Origin: Patescibacteria group bacterium
GTDB lineage: Bacteria > Patescibacteriota > Doudnabacteria > UBA920
Length of the DNA stretch: 64,000 bases
Reading direction: 5' to 3'
Assembly: GCA_013387205.1 (NCBI GenBank)
Contig: WARV01000008.1
Span: 64,136-128,135 of the forward strand
Of this stretch, positions 37,994-49,468 are shown in pieces. Made by a program: the position numbers and the translations under genes. Below the pieces are notes generated by a model that worked only from the letters and a program-made list of their open reading frames with translations, was not told where the DNA came from and ran no database searches. Numbering within the stretch: the stretch's first letter is position 1; each line of letters starts with the position of its first letter.

Positions 37994-38869
37994 ATGCTTG
38001 CCATACCACCATTAGCTGCTGAAACAATATTTTATATAGGTTCTTTCCCGGTAACCAACTCTTACATAAATTCTACCATTGTCGTTATCGGCTTTATTAT
38101 CTTCGCTTTCATAATAAACGCCGCAATAAAAAAATATTATCCGCTGAAAAAAGCCCCCAAAGGCATACTTAACTTTTTTGAGGGTGTTTTGGAATTTTTG
38201 CTGGGTTATATCGATAACGTTACAAAAGACCGCAAAAAAACCATCAGGTTTTTGCCGTTAGTCGGTTCCCTGTTCTTGTTTATTTTGGTTTCAAACTGGA
38301 TGGGCTTGCTGCCTGGAATCGGATCCATTGGCATAACGGAAATGGTTAACGGCCACGCAGAATTTATCCCGATTTTCCGTCCCGCTAATACCGATTTGAA
38401 CATGACCCTTTCTATGGCGGTTTTAGCCGTTACAGCTTCCCATTTCTTAGGCATCGTCACCATTGGGTTCTTTAAATACGCAAACAAATTCATTAAATTC
38501 GGGGATTTATACCAGGCTATAAAAAGCATGAAGCCTGTGAATATTTTAACCGCGGTTATTGAATTTTTCGTAGGCTTAATTGAAATTGTTTCCGAAGTGG
38601 CAAAAATGGTTTCGCTTTCTTTGAGGCTTTTGGGCAATATTTTCGCAGGAGAAGTCCTTTTGACCGTGTTGGCCGGCTTAATCCCATTTTTAATTCCTCT
38701 TCCGTTTATGGCTTTGGAATTATTGGTTGGCTTTATCCAGGCAGTCGTATTTTCCATGTTGGCGCTGGTTTACTTGACTATGGCTACTGCAGAAACCCAT
38801 GGCCACGCTGAAACGGGACATGACGAATCTTTTGCCGAAGCCGAAGAAAACCAAACACCGGCAGTTTAA
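37994..38869 (+). CDS. atpB: F0F1 ATP synthase subunit a
   Basis: LSLRLLGNIFAGEVL (the essential Arg motif). Confidence 0.85.
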   Translation: MLAIPPLAAETIFYIGSFPVTNSYINSTIVVIGFIIFAFIINAAIKKYYPLKKAPKGILNFFEGVLEFLLGYIDNVTKDRKKTIRFLPLVGSLFLFILVSNWMGLLPGIGSIGITEMVNGHAEFIPIFRPANTDLNMTLSMAVLAVTASHFLGIVTIGFFKYANKFIKFGDLYQAIKSMKPVNILTAVIEFFVGLIEIVSEVAKMVSLSLRLLGNIFAGEVLLTVLAGLIPFLIPLPFMALELLVGFIQAVVFSMLALVYLTMATAETHGHAETGHDESFAEAEENQTPAV

Positions 38870-39020
38870 AAATTATTCAATTGCGAATTTCGAATTGCGA
38901 ATTTCCGCCAGCTGGCGAATCGTGATCCGTGATACGTAATTGACAAATTAATACCCGCAAGGAGACGTTAAACTAAAATCAATTACGATAATAGTCTACT
39001 GAGCGGGAAAGAAAGGGTGA

Positions 39021-39242
<222 letters not shown>

Positions 39243-39295
39243 AATTAGTTTTAGACTCTTGGGAGAAGATTTCTCCTTTGAGCTTATAACTAATT

Positions 39296-39442
39296 CCCAA
39301 ATTTTTAATTGACCTAATTAACCTAATTGTTCCTAATTATTCTAAATAAATCCCAATTTCTAATTACACAAATATTAGACATTGGATCATTAGTCATTAT
39401 TTAGGTTAATTAGAATAATTAGAGCAATTAGAATAATTCTTT
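39296..39442. repeat. Palindromic intergenic element, family R1, copy 3
   Basis: tgacctaattaacctaattgttcctaattattctaaataaatcccaat ... atttaggttaattagaataattagagcaattagaataatt. Confidence 0.6.
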
Positions 39443-40018
39443 ATGATAATCGATATCCATCAAATTTCTCAACTCTTGATCCCAATTGCCCACGCGGCAG
39501 AAGAAGCCGCAAACACGGAATCTTCCGGAGGCGCCTTGGCGACTTTGGGCGTTAACTGGAAATTATTTATTGCCCAACTGGTTAACTTCGGCATAATTTT
39601 GGCCGTCCTTTGGAAATTTGTCTTCATTCCAGTGGCAAAACAGCTTACTGAAAGAACAGAAAAAATTGAAAAATCGTTAAGCGATGCCGACAGGATAACT
39701 AAAGAAAAGGATGAATTCACCAAATGGCGCGAAGCCGAAATTTCCAAGACTAAAGCCCAAGCGGCCACGATAGTCGCAGCAGCGGAAAGCGAGGCTAATA
39801 AAGCCAAGCAGCAGATAGCCGAACAGACCAAGCAGGAACAGGATAAAATTATCAGGCAGGCCAAAGATTTGATTGAATCGGAAAAGCAGAAAGCAGTCAG
39901 GGATATTAAGTCTGAGGTGGCGGAAATGGTTACTGCGGCTACAGAAAAGATTTTAAGGCAAAAATTGGACAATAAGACAGATAAGGAATTGATTAAGGAA
40001 TCATTAAAAAGTATATAA
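39443..40018 (+). CDS. atpF: F0F1 ATP synthase subunit b
   Basis: N-terminal TM helix and a long charged coiled coil. Confidence 0.75.
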   Translation: MIIDIHQISQLLIPIAHAAEEAANTESSGGALATLGVNWKLFIAQLVNFGIILAVLWKFVFIPVAKQLTERTEKIEKSLSDADRITKEKDEFTKWREAEISKTKAQAATIVAAAESEANKAKQQIAEQTKQEQDKIIRQAKDLIESEKQKAVRDIKSEVAEMVTAATEKILRQKLDNKTDKELIKESLKSI

Positions 40019-40105
40019 TCCGAATTACCCGAATTCTATCCAAATGCCCCGAAAAGGGAAAAGCATTTGGGGTATTCGGATAACTATTCGGAGCATTAGG
40101 ATTAT
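40018..40105. repeat. Palindromic element family R2, full copy, ending 4 nt before the atpH ATG and containing its AGGA ribosome-binding site
   Basis: atccgaattacccgaattctatccaaatgccccgaaaaggg ... tttggggtattcggataactattcggagcattaggattat; the two halves are reverse complements. Confidence 0.6.
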
Positions 40106-40109
40106 GTAA

Positions 40110-40502
40110 ATGAAAATCTCTCCCCAACAATACGCTCAAAGCCTTTTTGACGCCATAAGCGAAACTAACCCCAAGGACCACGATTTGATCATGGACAATT
40201 TTGTAAAGATTTTGGCAAAGAACGGGGACTTGGATAAATATCCGGAAATCGAAAAGGAATTTAGGTCGTTGCAGCTGAAAGATAAAGGGATTAAAGAAGC
40301 AGAAATAACCTTAGCAAGGCCGCATGAAGTATCGCACGAAATAGTACAGGAACTGAATAAGATAATCGGCAACAAAGTTGAAGTTAAAACTAAGATTGAT
40401 GAAAACCTGATAGGCGGAGTGGTGGTAAGGGTAGACGACCAGCTTATAGACGCCAGCGTAAAAAAACAGCTTGAAAATTTAAACCAATCACTTAAATCAT
40501 AA
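40110..40502 (+). CDS. atpH: F0F1 ATP synthase subunit delta (short form)
   Basis: C-terminus IGGVVVRVDDQLIDASVKKQLENL (OSCP signature). 130 aa, versus about 177 aa typically. Confidence 0.7.
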   Translation: MKISPQQYAQSLFDAISETNPKDHDLIMDNFVKILAKNGDLDKYPEIEKEFRSLQLKDKGIKEAEITLARPHEVSHEIVQELNKIIGNKVEVKTKIDENLIGGVVVRVDDQLIDASVKKQLENLNQSLKS

Positions 40503-40524
40503 AACTTTAATCTAAATTAATTTT

Positions 40525-42027
40525 ATGGCAAACTCTGACACAATCGTAAAACAACTCAAAGACAAGATCGCCGGTTTTTCACCTGACGTGAAAATTGAAA
40601 AAGTCGGCACGGTTTTGGAAGTCGGCGATGGCGTGGCACGCATTAGCGGACTTAAAGAAGCCGCCAGCATGGAAATGCTTGATTTCGGGCATGGCACTTT
40701 TGGCGTGGCTTTGAACCTTGAAGAAAACATGGTCGGTAGCATTGTTTTGGGTGATTATCACCAAATCAAAGTTGGCGACATAGTTAAGCCTACAGGAAGA
40801 ATCTTGTCCGTGCCGGTAGGTGAAAATTTGATTGGCAGAACCGTTGATGCATTGGGCAGGCCAAAAGACGGCAAAGGCGAGATTAAGGCAGATGGGTTTT
40901 ATCCGGTAGAAAAAATCGCTCCCGGCGTTATTACCAGGCAAAAAGTGAAACAACCGGTACAGACCGGTATTAAAACTATTGACGCCTTAATTCCAGTCGG
41001 CCGCGGACAGCGCGAACTTATTATTGGCGACCGTCAAACCGGAAAGACCGCAATTGCTATTGACGCAATTATCAACCAAAAAGGCCAGGACATGATTTGT
41101 GTTTACGTGGCTGTAGGACAAAAAGAAAGCAAAGTGGCAAGAATTGTGTCTGAGCTGGAAAAATACGGAGCTATGGAATATACCATTGTGGTTTCCGCTT
41201 CGTCTTCTGAACCGGCAGCGCTTTCTTATATTGCCCCGTATTCCGGATGCGCTATTGGCGAATATTTCATGGATAAAGGAAAAGATGTTTTGGTCATTTA
41301 CGACGATTTATCCAAGCAGGCTGTGGCTTACCGCGAAATCTCTTTGCTGCTCCGCAGGCCTCCGGGAAGAGAAGCTTATCCGGGAGACGTGTTTTATCTC
41401 CATTCCAGGTTGTTGGAGCGCGCTGCCAAGCTGAATCCGGATTTCGGCGGCGGATCTTTGACTGCCTTGCCGATTATAGAAACCCAGGCAGGGGACATTT
41501 CTGCCTACATTCCCACCAACGTAATTTCCATTACCGACGGGCAAATTTTCTTGGAATCGGATTTGTTCTACAAAGGCATTAGACCGGCTTTAAACGTTGG
41601 ACTGTCCGTGTCTCGCGTGGGGTCCGACGCCCAGACCAAAGCCATGAAAAAAGTGGCAGGCAAGTTAAAGCTGGCCATGGCGCAATTCAGGGAATTGGAA
41701 GCTTTTGCTTCTTTCGGTTCAGACTTGGACGAAGCCACCAAGAAACAATTGGAATTAGGACGCAGGCTGACTGAAGTATTAAAACAGCCGCAATTCCAGC
41801 CTCTGCCATTGGAAAGAGAAGTTACCATTCTTTACGCAGTCAACAACGGATACTTTAACGAAATTCCGGTTGAAAAGGTGCGCGATGCGGAAGAAAAATT
41901 ATATTCATTCATGGAAGCCAATGGTAAAGATGTTTTGGAAAGCATTAAAGCAACCAAAGAATTGAATGACGACACAGAGTCTAAGTTAAAAGAATTGATA
42001 ACCCAGTTTGTGCAATCTGTAAAATAA
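40525..42027 (+). CDS. atpA: F0F1 ATP synthase subunit alpha
   Basis: GDRQTGKT P-loop; 500 aa. Confidence 0.95.
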   Translation: MANSDTIVKQLKDKIAGFSPDVKIEKVGTVLEVGDGVARISGLKEAASMEMLDFGHGTFGVALNLEENMVGSIVLGDYHQIKVGDIVKPTGRILSVPVGENLIGRTVDALGRPKDGKGEIKADGFYPVEKIAPGVITRQKVKQPVQTGIKTIDALIPVGRGQRELIIGDRQTGKTAIAIDAIINQKGQDMICVYVAVGQKESKVARIVSELEKYGAMEYTIVVSASSSEPAALSYIAPYSGCAIGEYFMDKGKDVLVIYDDLSKQAVAYREISLLLRRPPGREAYPGDVFYLHSRLLERAAKLNPDFGGGSLTALPIIETQAGDISAYIPTNVISITDGQIFLESDLFYKGIRPALNVGLSVSRVGSDAQTKAMKKVAGKLKLAMAQFRELEAFASFGSDLDEATKKQLELGRRLTEVLKQPQFQPLPLEREVTILYAVNNGYFNEIPVEKVRDAEEKLYSFMEANGKDVLESIKATKELNDDTESKLKELITQFVQSVK

Positions 42028-42065
42028 ATACCATAAGCTATACGCTATAAACTAAACGCTACTAT

Positions 42066-42965
42066 ATGGCCGGAATGATAGATATAAAAAGAAGAATAAA
42101 GTCAGTGCAGAGCACGCGCAAAATTACGCGCGCCATGCAGCTGGTTTCGGGCGCCAAAATGCGCAGGGCGCAAAACGCAGCACTGTCTTCGCGCACTTAT
42201 TCAGATTTGGCTTGGGAACTCATTAAAAACCTGTCAAAAACCCAGGAGTTAAGCCCGGCGTTGCTTAAAGTCCATCCCAAAGCGCAAAAAATGGCTGTAT
42301 TGCTCATTTCCAGCAATAAGGGCTTTGTTGGAAGCCTTAACACAAATCTCTTGCCCAAGCTTAAATCTTTAATTAGCGAAACTGGCCTTGAAACAGAAGT
42401 GATTGTTTACGGGCAGAAGGGAAAAGAAGCTACGGTTAGAAACGCGCTTTCTGTAACGGCAGATTTTGAAAAGTACGAACGGACAATTCAGCCGGAAGAT
42501 GTTTATCCTATTTCCAAACTCATAAGCGATTTGTATAAAACTGGAAAATATAAAAGCGTGGTTATAATTTACAGCCACTTTGTTTCTACGCTACAGCAGA
42601 TTCCCACAGTAAAACAGCTTTTGCCATTTGAGCAGGACATTATCACCAAAGCACATAAAAGAAAAACAGAAGATGACAACGAAGACGGCGGAATTGTCGG
42701 TTACGGATATAACTATTTGTTTGAACCCAACCCAAAATTAGTATTCAACCATTTGCTGCCCAGGATTATTGAAAGCCAGATTTACCAGACCATGCTCGAA
42801 GCCAACGCATCCGAACATAGCGCCCGTATGATTATGATGAAAAACGCCACTGACGCGGCATCTGACATTATTTCCGACCTGACATTGACTTATAACCAAT
42901 TAAGGCAAAGCAAAATTACCACCGAACTTACGGAAATCACTGCCGGAAAAATCGCCTTGGAATAA
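42066..42965 (+). CDS. atpG: F0F1 ATP synthase subunit gamma
   Basis: IKRRIKSVQSTRKITRAMQLVSGAKMRRAQ N-terminus; C-terminus ITTELTEI. Confidence 0.9.
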   Translation: MAGMIDIKRRIKSVQSTRKITRAMQLVSGAKMRRAQNAALSSRTYSDLAWELIKNLSKTQELSPALLKVHPKAQKMAVLLISSNKGFVGSLNTNLLPKLKSLISETGLETEVIVYGQKGKEATVRNALSVTADFEKYERTIQPEDVYPISKLISDLYKTGKYKSVVIIYSHFVSTLQQIPTVKQLLPFEQDIITKAHKRKTEDDNEDGGIVGYGYNYLFEPNPKLVFNHLLPRIIESQIYQTMLEANASEHSARMIMMKNATDAASDIISDLTLTYNQLRQSKITTELTEITAGKIALE

Positions 42966-42972
42966 GGAATTT

Positions 42973-43227
42973 ATGGAACAAGAATTTTTTGAAAATAACA
43001 ACGGCCATAACAAAGACGAACTTATTACTAAGATTGCAATACTTTTAGATCCGGATGGCGGCGAAATTATTGCCAACCAAATAATTTCAGGAAAAGAAAT
43101 CGAACCAGAAACGGAAGAATACAAGAAAACAGAAGATATTATAAAATCACTTCTTCATTTGTCTATCCCGGAAATTGAACAGTGGTGCAAGGATAATGAA
43201 ATGGATATATCTAACAATGCTAATTAA
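42973..43227 (+). CDS. Hypothetical acidic small protein inserted between atpG and atpD
   Basis: 84-aa ORF that fits the intergenic gap tightly; no family recognised. Confidence 0.35.
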   Translation: MEQEFFENNNGHNKDELITKIAILLDPDGGEIIANQIISGKEIEPETEEYKKTEDIIKSLLHLSIPEIEQWCKDNEMDISNNAN

Positions 43228-43265
43228 ACTTTTAAACTTAAAATTTTAAATCTTTAATCTATTAA

Positions 43266-44651
<1,386 letters not shown>

Positions 44652-44670
44652 TAGCTTGTTAAATTAAATT

Positions 44671-45123
44671 ATGAGCAAACTCTATTTCAAATTAGTAACT
44701 CCAGAAAAGACTGTCGCCGACCAGGAGGCGGACAGTTTGTCATGTCCTACTTCTTTGGGGCAAATTACCATTTTGCCCGGCCATATTCCGTTAGTCGGCA
44801 ACCTTGTTCCAGGAGAACTTGTGATTAAATCCGGCAATAGCGAGCTGTTTTTGAACGTGACCGGCGGGTTTGTGGAAGTAAGACCAAACAACCAAATAGT
44901 GATTTTGGCAGATGCCGCTGAACATCATTACGAAATAGATGAGCAGCGGGCAAAGGAAGCCGTTGAACGGGCCAAGAAAGCCATGACCGAGACAAAGCTG
45001 AGCGCACAGGAACACGCGCAAGTCACGGCAGCCCTCGAAAGAAGTTTGGCAAGACTGAATGTCGCTAAAAAACACGCGCACAGAAAAACTCCAATTACCG
45101 GTGAAGGAGTATTTAATGAGTAA
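44671..45123 (+). CDS. atpC: F0F1 ATP synthase subunit epsilon
   Basis: Beta-sandwich N-terminus (LVTPEK ... ILPGHIPLV) plus a helical C-terminus. Confidence 0.8.
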   Translation: MSKLYFKLVTPEKTVADQEADSLSCPTSLGQITILPGHIPLVGNLVPGELVIKSGNSELFLNVTGGFVEVRPNNQIVILADAAEHHYEIDEQRAKEAVERAKKAMTETKLSAQEHAQVTAALERSLARLNVAKKHAHRKTPITGEGVFNE

Positions 45124-45167
45124 CGCTGATGTCGCGCTGGCTTACTGCAACCGCTGATTAAGCGCTA

Positions 45168-45917
45168 ATGATTATGATCACCAAACACAACATCAATTTA
45201 GAAAAAAACCCGCTAACCAATTTTGGTATGCGGGTTTTGAATATGCTTGTGGAAAACTCTAACCAAACTTATATTGCCGGAGGGACTGTTCGCGATATTT
45301 TATTAAAACGCAAACTGCGTGATTTTGACATTGCAACAGACCTGCAACCGGAAACAGTATGGAATCTGCTAGAACAAAACTTTTCTGCCAAGCGATACAG
45401 GTCAGAAAAACATTTGCATTTTGGCGTATCAAAAATCCAATTAAAAAATTCCGCTGAAATCGATATTACAACCTTCAGAAAAGAGGTTTACAAAGAGCAA
45501 ATGTATCCGAAAGTTGTTTTTGTTGAAAGTGCCAAGCAGGATAGCAAAAGACGCGACTTTACCATAAATTCCTTATATTTAAGCAATAATTTAACAGATA
45601 TATTAGATTTCCACAAAGGCGTTGCTGATTTAAAAAACAAAGTAATCAGATTTATCGGCAACCCGAAAAAAAGAATCAGGGAAGATCCTTTGCGCATCAT
45701 CCGCGCTTTGAGATTAGCTCTAATTTTGGATTTCAAGCTGGAAAAAAATACTGCCAAAGCTATTCAAAAGCATTTTGATGAAATTAAAAATATTACTTCA
45801 TCAAAAACTTTTTCTGAAATTAATAAATTGAAAAATATCAAAAAGAAAAATTTTCTAAAACATCTCATAACTGACAGAAAATCTCTTGACAATTATTTGG
45901 AAAAGTTTTACTATTAA
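45168..45917 (+). CDS. tRNA nucleotidyltransferase / poly(A) polymerase family head-domain protein (short, 249 aa)
   Basis: IAGGTVRDILL ... DFDIAT (Pol-beta-like nucleotidyltransferase motif G[SG]x9-13Dh[DE]h) and RDFTINSL. Confidence 0.6.
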   Translation: MIMITKHNINLEKNPLTNFGMRVLNMLVENSNQTYIAGGTVRDILLKRKLRDFDIATDLQPETVWNLLEQNFSAKRYRSEKHLHFGVSKIQLKNSAEIDITTFRKEVYKEQMYPKVVFVESAKQDSKRRDFTINSLYLSNNLTDILDFHKGVADLKNKVIRFIGNPKKRIREDPLRIIRALRLALILDFKLEKNTAKAIQKHFDEIKNITSSKTFSEINKLKNIKKKNFLKHLITDRKSLDNYLEKFYY

Positions 45918-46115
45918 AATAGAAACAACGGAGAATAAAACTGAAACAGATATTTAAAATCAGAAATTCAAAATAAATTTTGTGACGCGGATTCGAAATT
46001 AATTCGGTTGCGGAAAAAAATTTTTTCACTACTCAGCCGCTTTAAGCGGATAAAACAGAGTAGAAAATTAAGAAGCTCTGCCAAAATTAGTAGAGCTTTA
46101 AGGGAGACTAGTACA

Positions 46116-46190
46116 ATGGCTACTAAGAAGAAAGCTGCAAAGAAGCCAGCAAAGAAGAAAAAAGTCGCTGCGAAAAAGAAGCGCGCCTAG
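46116..46190 (+). CDS. Tiny lysine-rich basic peptide (MATKKKAAKKPAKKKKVAAKKKRA)
   Basis: AAGGGAGA ribosome-binding site 8 nt upstream; followed by a strong terminator. Histone-H1-like composition. Confidence 0.3.
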   Translation: MATKKKAAKKPAKKKKVAAKKKRA

Positions 46191-46221
46191 TTCTTCTCCA
46201 CTCCGACTTGTCGGAGTAGCA

Positions 46222-46262
46222 AAACCGTCCTCAAAACATTAGGACGGTTTTGTTTTTGGTTT
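46222..46262 (+). terminator. Rho-independent terminator
   Basis: ccgtcctcaaaacattaggacgg-ttttgttttt. Confidence 0.6.
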
Positions 46263-46345
46263 TTGATGGCGGGACATAAACTATTATTTACAAAAAAGCG
46301 CCATTACCCGTATAACTTTTACGGATTGGCGCTTTTGAGCTGTAG

Positions 46346-47209
46346 TTAGTGTGTTATTGGCACATCTTTATACAAAGGAGGCAATAGTGAAAAGATCAGC
46401 TTAACCATTTTAATCTCATTGTCTTTTCCCCGCCACTCCTTAAGTGCGCAGGTCGAAGGAAACTCAATCTTTGGATTGCAAGACCTGGTGATTACGTGGA
46501 TGTAAGTGAGGGAAAAGGGTACCCCACCCACCAATATCCTATCACGCTCACCAACTGTTTCTTTCTGCGCAGGCTTAACAACCAACTTAGTTAAGTACTC
46601 CTTGTCGGTAAGCTTGACCAACGCGTCTTTGAGAGCAGGACCTGTTTCTACGCTCGGGTAGTCAGCCTTACTAGTGTCGATGCTGGTAGGATAGGTCATG
46701 GCCGTAAGAAATCCAGTATCTTTATTGCATACTTCCAGCTGGCTAACTTGCCAGTCACCGGAAAGAATTTGCGGAGACTGCTGCTCAGCGCACTCTGCCA
46801 GAAGAGGATTCTTTTTGCCTCTCTTGAAAACTTCACGGAACTGCCGGCAAACATCGTTTATAACACCCCATTTGGACCAAGGTAACGGTTCAAACAGGTC
46901 AATCCGCGCAACATTGTTTTCAATGGAAAAAATTAGGTATATTGCGCTACAGATATTTAAGTCTCCGCTAACTTGTGCGTTGTCGAGCTGGCAGCTGCGA
47001 AACGGCGCGTCCACAACGTTACCCCAAACGCTGAACCAAAGTTTATACAGGTAATTCGGCACCAGCACCTCCACGGTTCCGTGCGTTTTTGGCAAGAAAT
47101 TATCAGCATTTGATGATTCTGTGGGTAAAAAGAACCTGGCTAACAGGTTACTGAATCTTCTGGGACCGACTGGATACTTAAGTAGTAGTCTGCGAATTAC
47201 AGCTTCCAT
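46346..47209 (-). CDS. Hypothetical protein (island cargo)
   Basis: 287-aa ORF, about 48% GC; no family recognised. Confidence 0.45.
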   Translation of the reverse strand: MEAVIRRLLLKYPVGPRRFSNLLARFFLPTESSNADNFLPKTHGTVEVLVPNYLYKLWFSVWGNVVDAPFRSCQLDNAQVSGDLNICSAIYLIFSIENNVARIDLFEPLPWSKWGVINDVCRQFREVFKRGKKNPLLAECAEQQSPQILSGDWQVSQLEVCNKDTGFLTAMTYPTSIDTSKADYPSVETGPALKDALVKLTDKEYLTKLVVKPAQKETVGERDRILVGGVPFSLTYIHVITRSCNPKIEFPSTCALKEWRGKDNEIKMVKLIFSLLPPLYKDVPITH

Positions 47210-48077
47210 ATATTTTCCTCCTAAAACTTTTCCTAAATTAATGACGGATTTGTAAAGAAAAATAAATAACTAGCCATTCAGATATTTTTGTAATCTTTAA
47301 AAACTTTAGAGTATGGCTTAACGACAAGGAAAAATAACGGCTTGGATATTATCTATCTCTTTTGATTAAATGTAGCGGACACTGTTCGAATCTAAAAAAT
47401 CGATAAAAAACATTTACGATTATAAATTTATAACTGTAGTTCTCCTAAGAGGTTTTGTGGTTTTTTTAGTCCTAACTTGCTTAGGGATATATCAAAAACC
47501 ACCAATATTTATTGGTGGTTTTTGATGGCGGCGAGCCAAAAACCACGCTCGAACTTTGGAGTTGGTCTGTCAGCATCTTGCCGCGCTTACCGAATGAAAC
47601 ACCCAAATTAAACAGCTATTTGAGCAAGGAATACGCGAGCCAACGCTGGCGGTAATTCTCTAAAAAAGTTATAATATAGCCATAAACCATTAACAAAACT
47701 CTTATGGACACGAAACAAAAAGATAACTTTACGGACGTATTAGACCATTTATCCAGCAACGATTCATCAGCGAATAGCGATAGCAGCGCTGGGTCAGGCC
47801 AAGTTGTTGGCGCGGACGGCCAAGTTGTAACTTTAGGTAATAAAGACGGACAAAATACCTCTATGGATAATTAAGCTGAATCTACTTGAACTTACAGTTA
47901 CTACCAAGAGTCTAAACACTTAAATATAATCGGCGAAAAATCAAAATTAGGAGCGCGGCAGTAGGCAACAAATACGCTGTAGGAAATAAAGGCGGCGGTA
48001 GAAAGTCAGCTTTTCAAGAGCAGGCTGACGCTGCCTTTTTTGCTGACCTCTGGAACGGCCGGTTAAAGAAGGAACGT

Positions 48078-48428
48078 ATGCAACGCAAAATCCAAAAAGG
48101 CAGATACGGCGCTAAGCATATTCTCGCTGTTAAAATCCTTGAGGGAAACGATAAGTTGCTTGCTAAACTTTTAGATAAATTCTTCCCTGACCAAATTAGC
48201 CACACTGACCCTGTTGCGGGATATTTCGTGAGTAGAGATGAATTAGAGCGCCAAAGACTGCAACTAAAGCAGTTAATTGAAGATACTAAAGCTCAAGCTG
48301 GCGGGCTTTTTGAGTCTGAACCTGAACCGATAAGCAAAGCCGAAGAGGAGCAAATAATAAAGGCCTTTCGTAATTTCGGAATGATTAAGGAAGATGATAA
48401 AGCAACGGAGTCAGAAACCGTGAGTTAG
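48078..48428 (+). CDS. Hypothetical protein (island cargo). The frame is open upstream without an ATG, so it may use a non-ATG start
   Basis: The upstream in-frame stretch encodes ... YAVGNKGGGRKSAFQEQADAAFFADLWNGRL ..., reminiscent of the N-termini of phage small terminases (weak). Confidence 0.35.
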   Translation: MQRKIQKGRYGAKHILAVKILEGNDKLLAKLLDKFFPDQISHTDPVAGYFVSRDELERQRLQLKQLIEDTKAQAGGLFESEPEPISKAEEEQIIKAFRNFGMIKEDDKATESETVS

Positions 48429-48489
48429 GTGGTAGGGTAAAAAGGTGTTATAATATAAGCGAAATAACACAACTTTAAGAAACAAAAAT

Positions 48490-49362
48490 ATGGAAAACAA
48501 TATAGGCAATAATATGCCACCAAGACCTGAACCAAGTCATGCTAATTCTGCTATGCCGACAGTTAACAGAAAATGGTATAAGCATAAAGGGATAATTGCA
48601 ATCATAATTTTAACCGTGATTGCGGGTGTTGTTGTTTGGGGTTACACATTGAATCAACCGCAAAATTTAGGTGCCATAACCAATGTTATAAACAGAAAAA
48701 AGTTAGCAGCTTCCAATTCGTTAATTTACCCAGGAGCCAAATTAACCGCTGTCAAAAAAAACAATGACGGAACTTCTTCTGTTGGATACGAAACATATGG
48801 AGATAACGTTCAATCATTTTATGCAGAACAACTTAAACAATTAGGATGGAATAAAGTAGCCGAATTGGGAGCCGCAGATATGACTTTATGCGGAGGCGAT
48901 TGGGGCGGCACATACGAAAAAGACGGCCAAAAATTTAAGTTGCATATATGTGGGCCTGATTCAGGAGATTTCCAGAAAGATATCAGTTTTTACTTTTACA
49001 ATGTCGAGCCAGAAAAAGTTTTAGGTGATAATTTATCAGGCGGGACTTTAAGCTGCGTTACTGATGCAAAAATTAATCTAACGAGTGCCTGCGCCACCCA
49101 AGACACTATAAAAATCACTTTGAATACACAGCGTCCAGAGTTGAATAAATTTCAGGTTTATATAACGGGTGAAAAATATACGAGCTTCCCTGACGTAAAT
49201 GCTATTGCTAGCAATTCCACTGTAAAAGAAGTTGATATCCCATACGACATTACAAAATGGGGTAATATCCAAAAAGTGCAGGTTACCCCCGTTATCACAA
49301 GCGATGGGACATTTTATTGCAGCGAACAAGCGGTTGAATCAGCTGTAAAAACTTGTAATTAA
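48490..49362 (+). CDS. Membrane-anchored hypothetical protein (island cargo)
   Basis: TM helix at residues about 33-55; Cys-containing extracytoplasmic domain. Confidence 0.45.
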   Translation: MENNIGNNMPPRPEPSHANSAMPTVNRKWYKHKGIIAIIILTVIAGVVVWGYTLNQPQNLGAITNVINRKKLAASNSLIYPGAKLTAVKKNNDGTSSVGYETYGDNVQSFYAEQLKQLGWNKVAELGAADMTLCGGDWGGTYEKDGQKFKLHICGPDSGDFQKDISFYFYNVEPEKVLGDNLSGGTLSCVTDAKINLTSACATQDTIKITLNTQRPELNKFQVYITGEKYTSFPDVNAIASNSTVKEVDIPYDITKWGNIQKVQVTPVITSDGTFYCSEQAVESAVKTCN

Positions 49363-49391
49363 ACTTTGGCAAAAAGTAATTTAATAGGAAA

Positions 49392-49416
49392 GTCCGACGA
49401 TTTGTCGGGCTTTTCT
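49392..49416 (+). terminator. Weak terminator hairpin
   Basis: ccgacgatttgtcgg-gcttttct. Confidence 0.35.
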
Positions 49417-49468
49417 ATTTGGTTTATTCTTTCTGGATAAATTAAAGCAATCCGAGTAAAATTAACTT

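Noticed and set aside
38870-38920. caattgcgaatttcgaattgcgaatttcc as a protein-binding palindrome
   Set aside because: It is short and imperfect, and the ttcgaa/gaattt words are frequent in intergenic DNA here. It is noted only as part of the general AT-rich palindromic style.
39469-39972. 167-aa minus-strand ORF antisense to atpF, and many similar antisense ORFs (for example 40579-40953, 43464-43991, 16281-16721, 62531-63094)
   Set aside because: They are fully embedded antisense in well-supported conserved genes and have low-complexity Ala/Ser-rich translations. They are shadow ORFs.
39993-40181. Minus-strand ORFs 39993-40181 and 59075-59494 ending in GHLDRIRVIRII / GHLDKIRIIRIM
   Set aside because: They are read-through translations of the R2 palindromic repeat and are artefacts of the repeat.
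46008-46115. 60-aa ORF starting at 46008
   Set aside because: There is no ribosome-binding site at 46008. A strong one precedes the internal ATG at 46116, so only the 24-aa Lys-rich part is retained, at low confidence.
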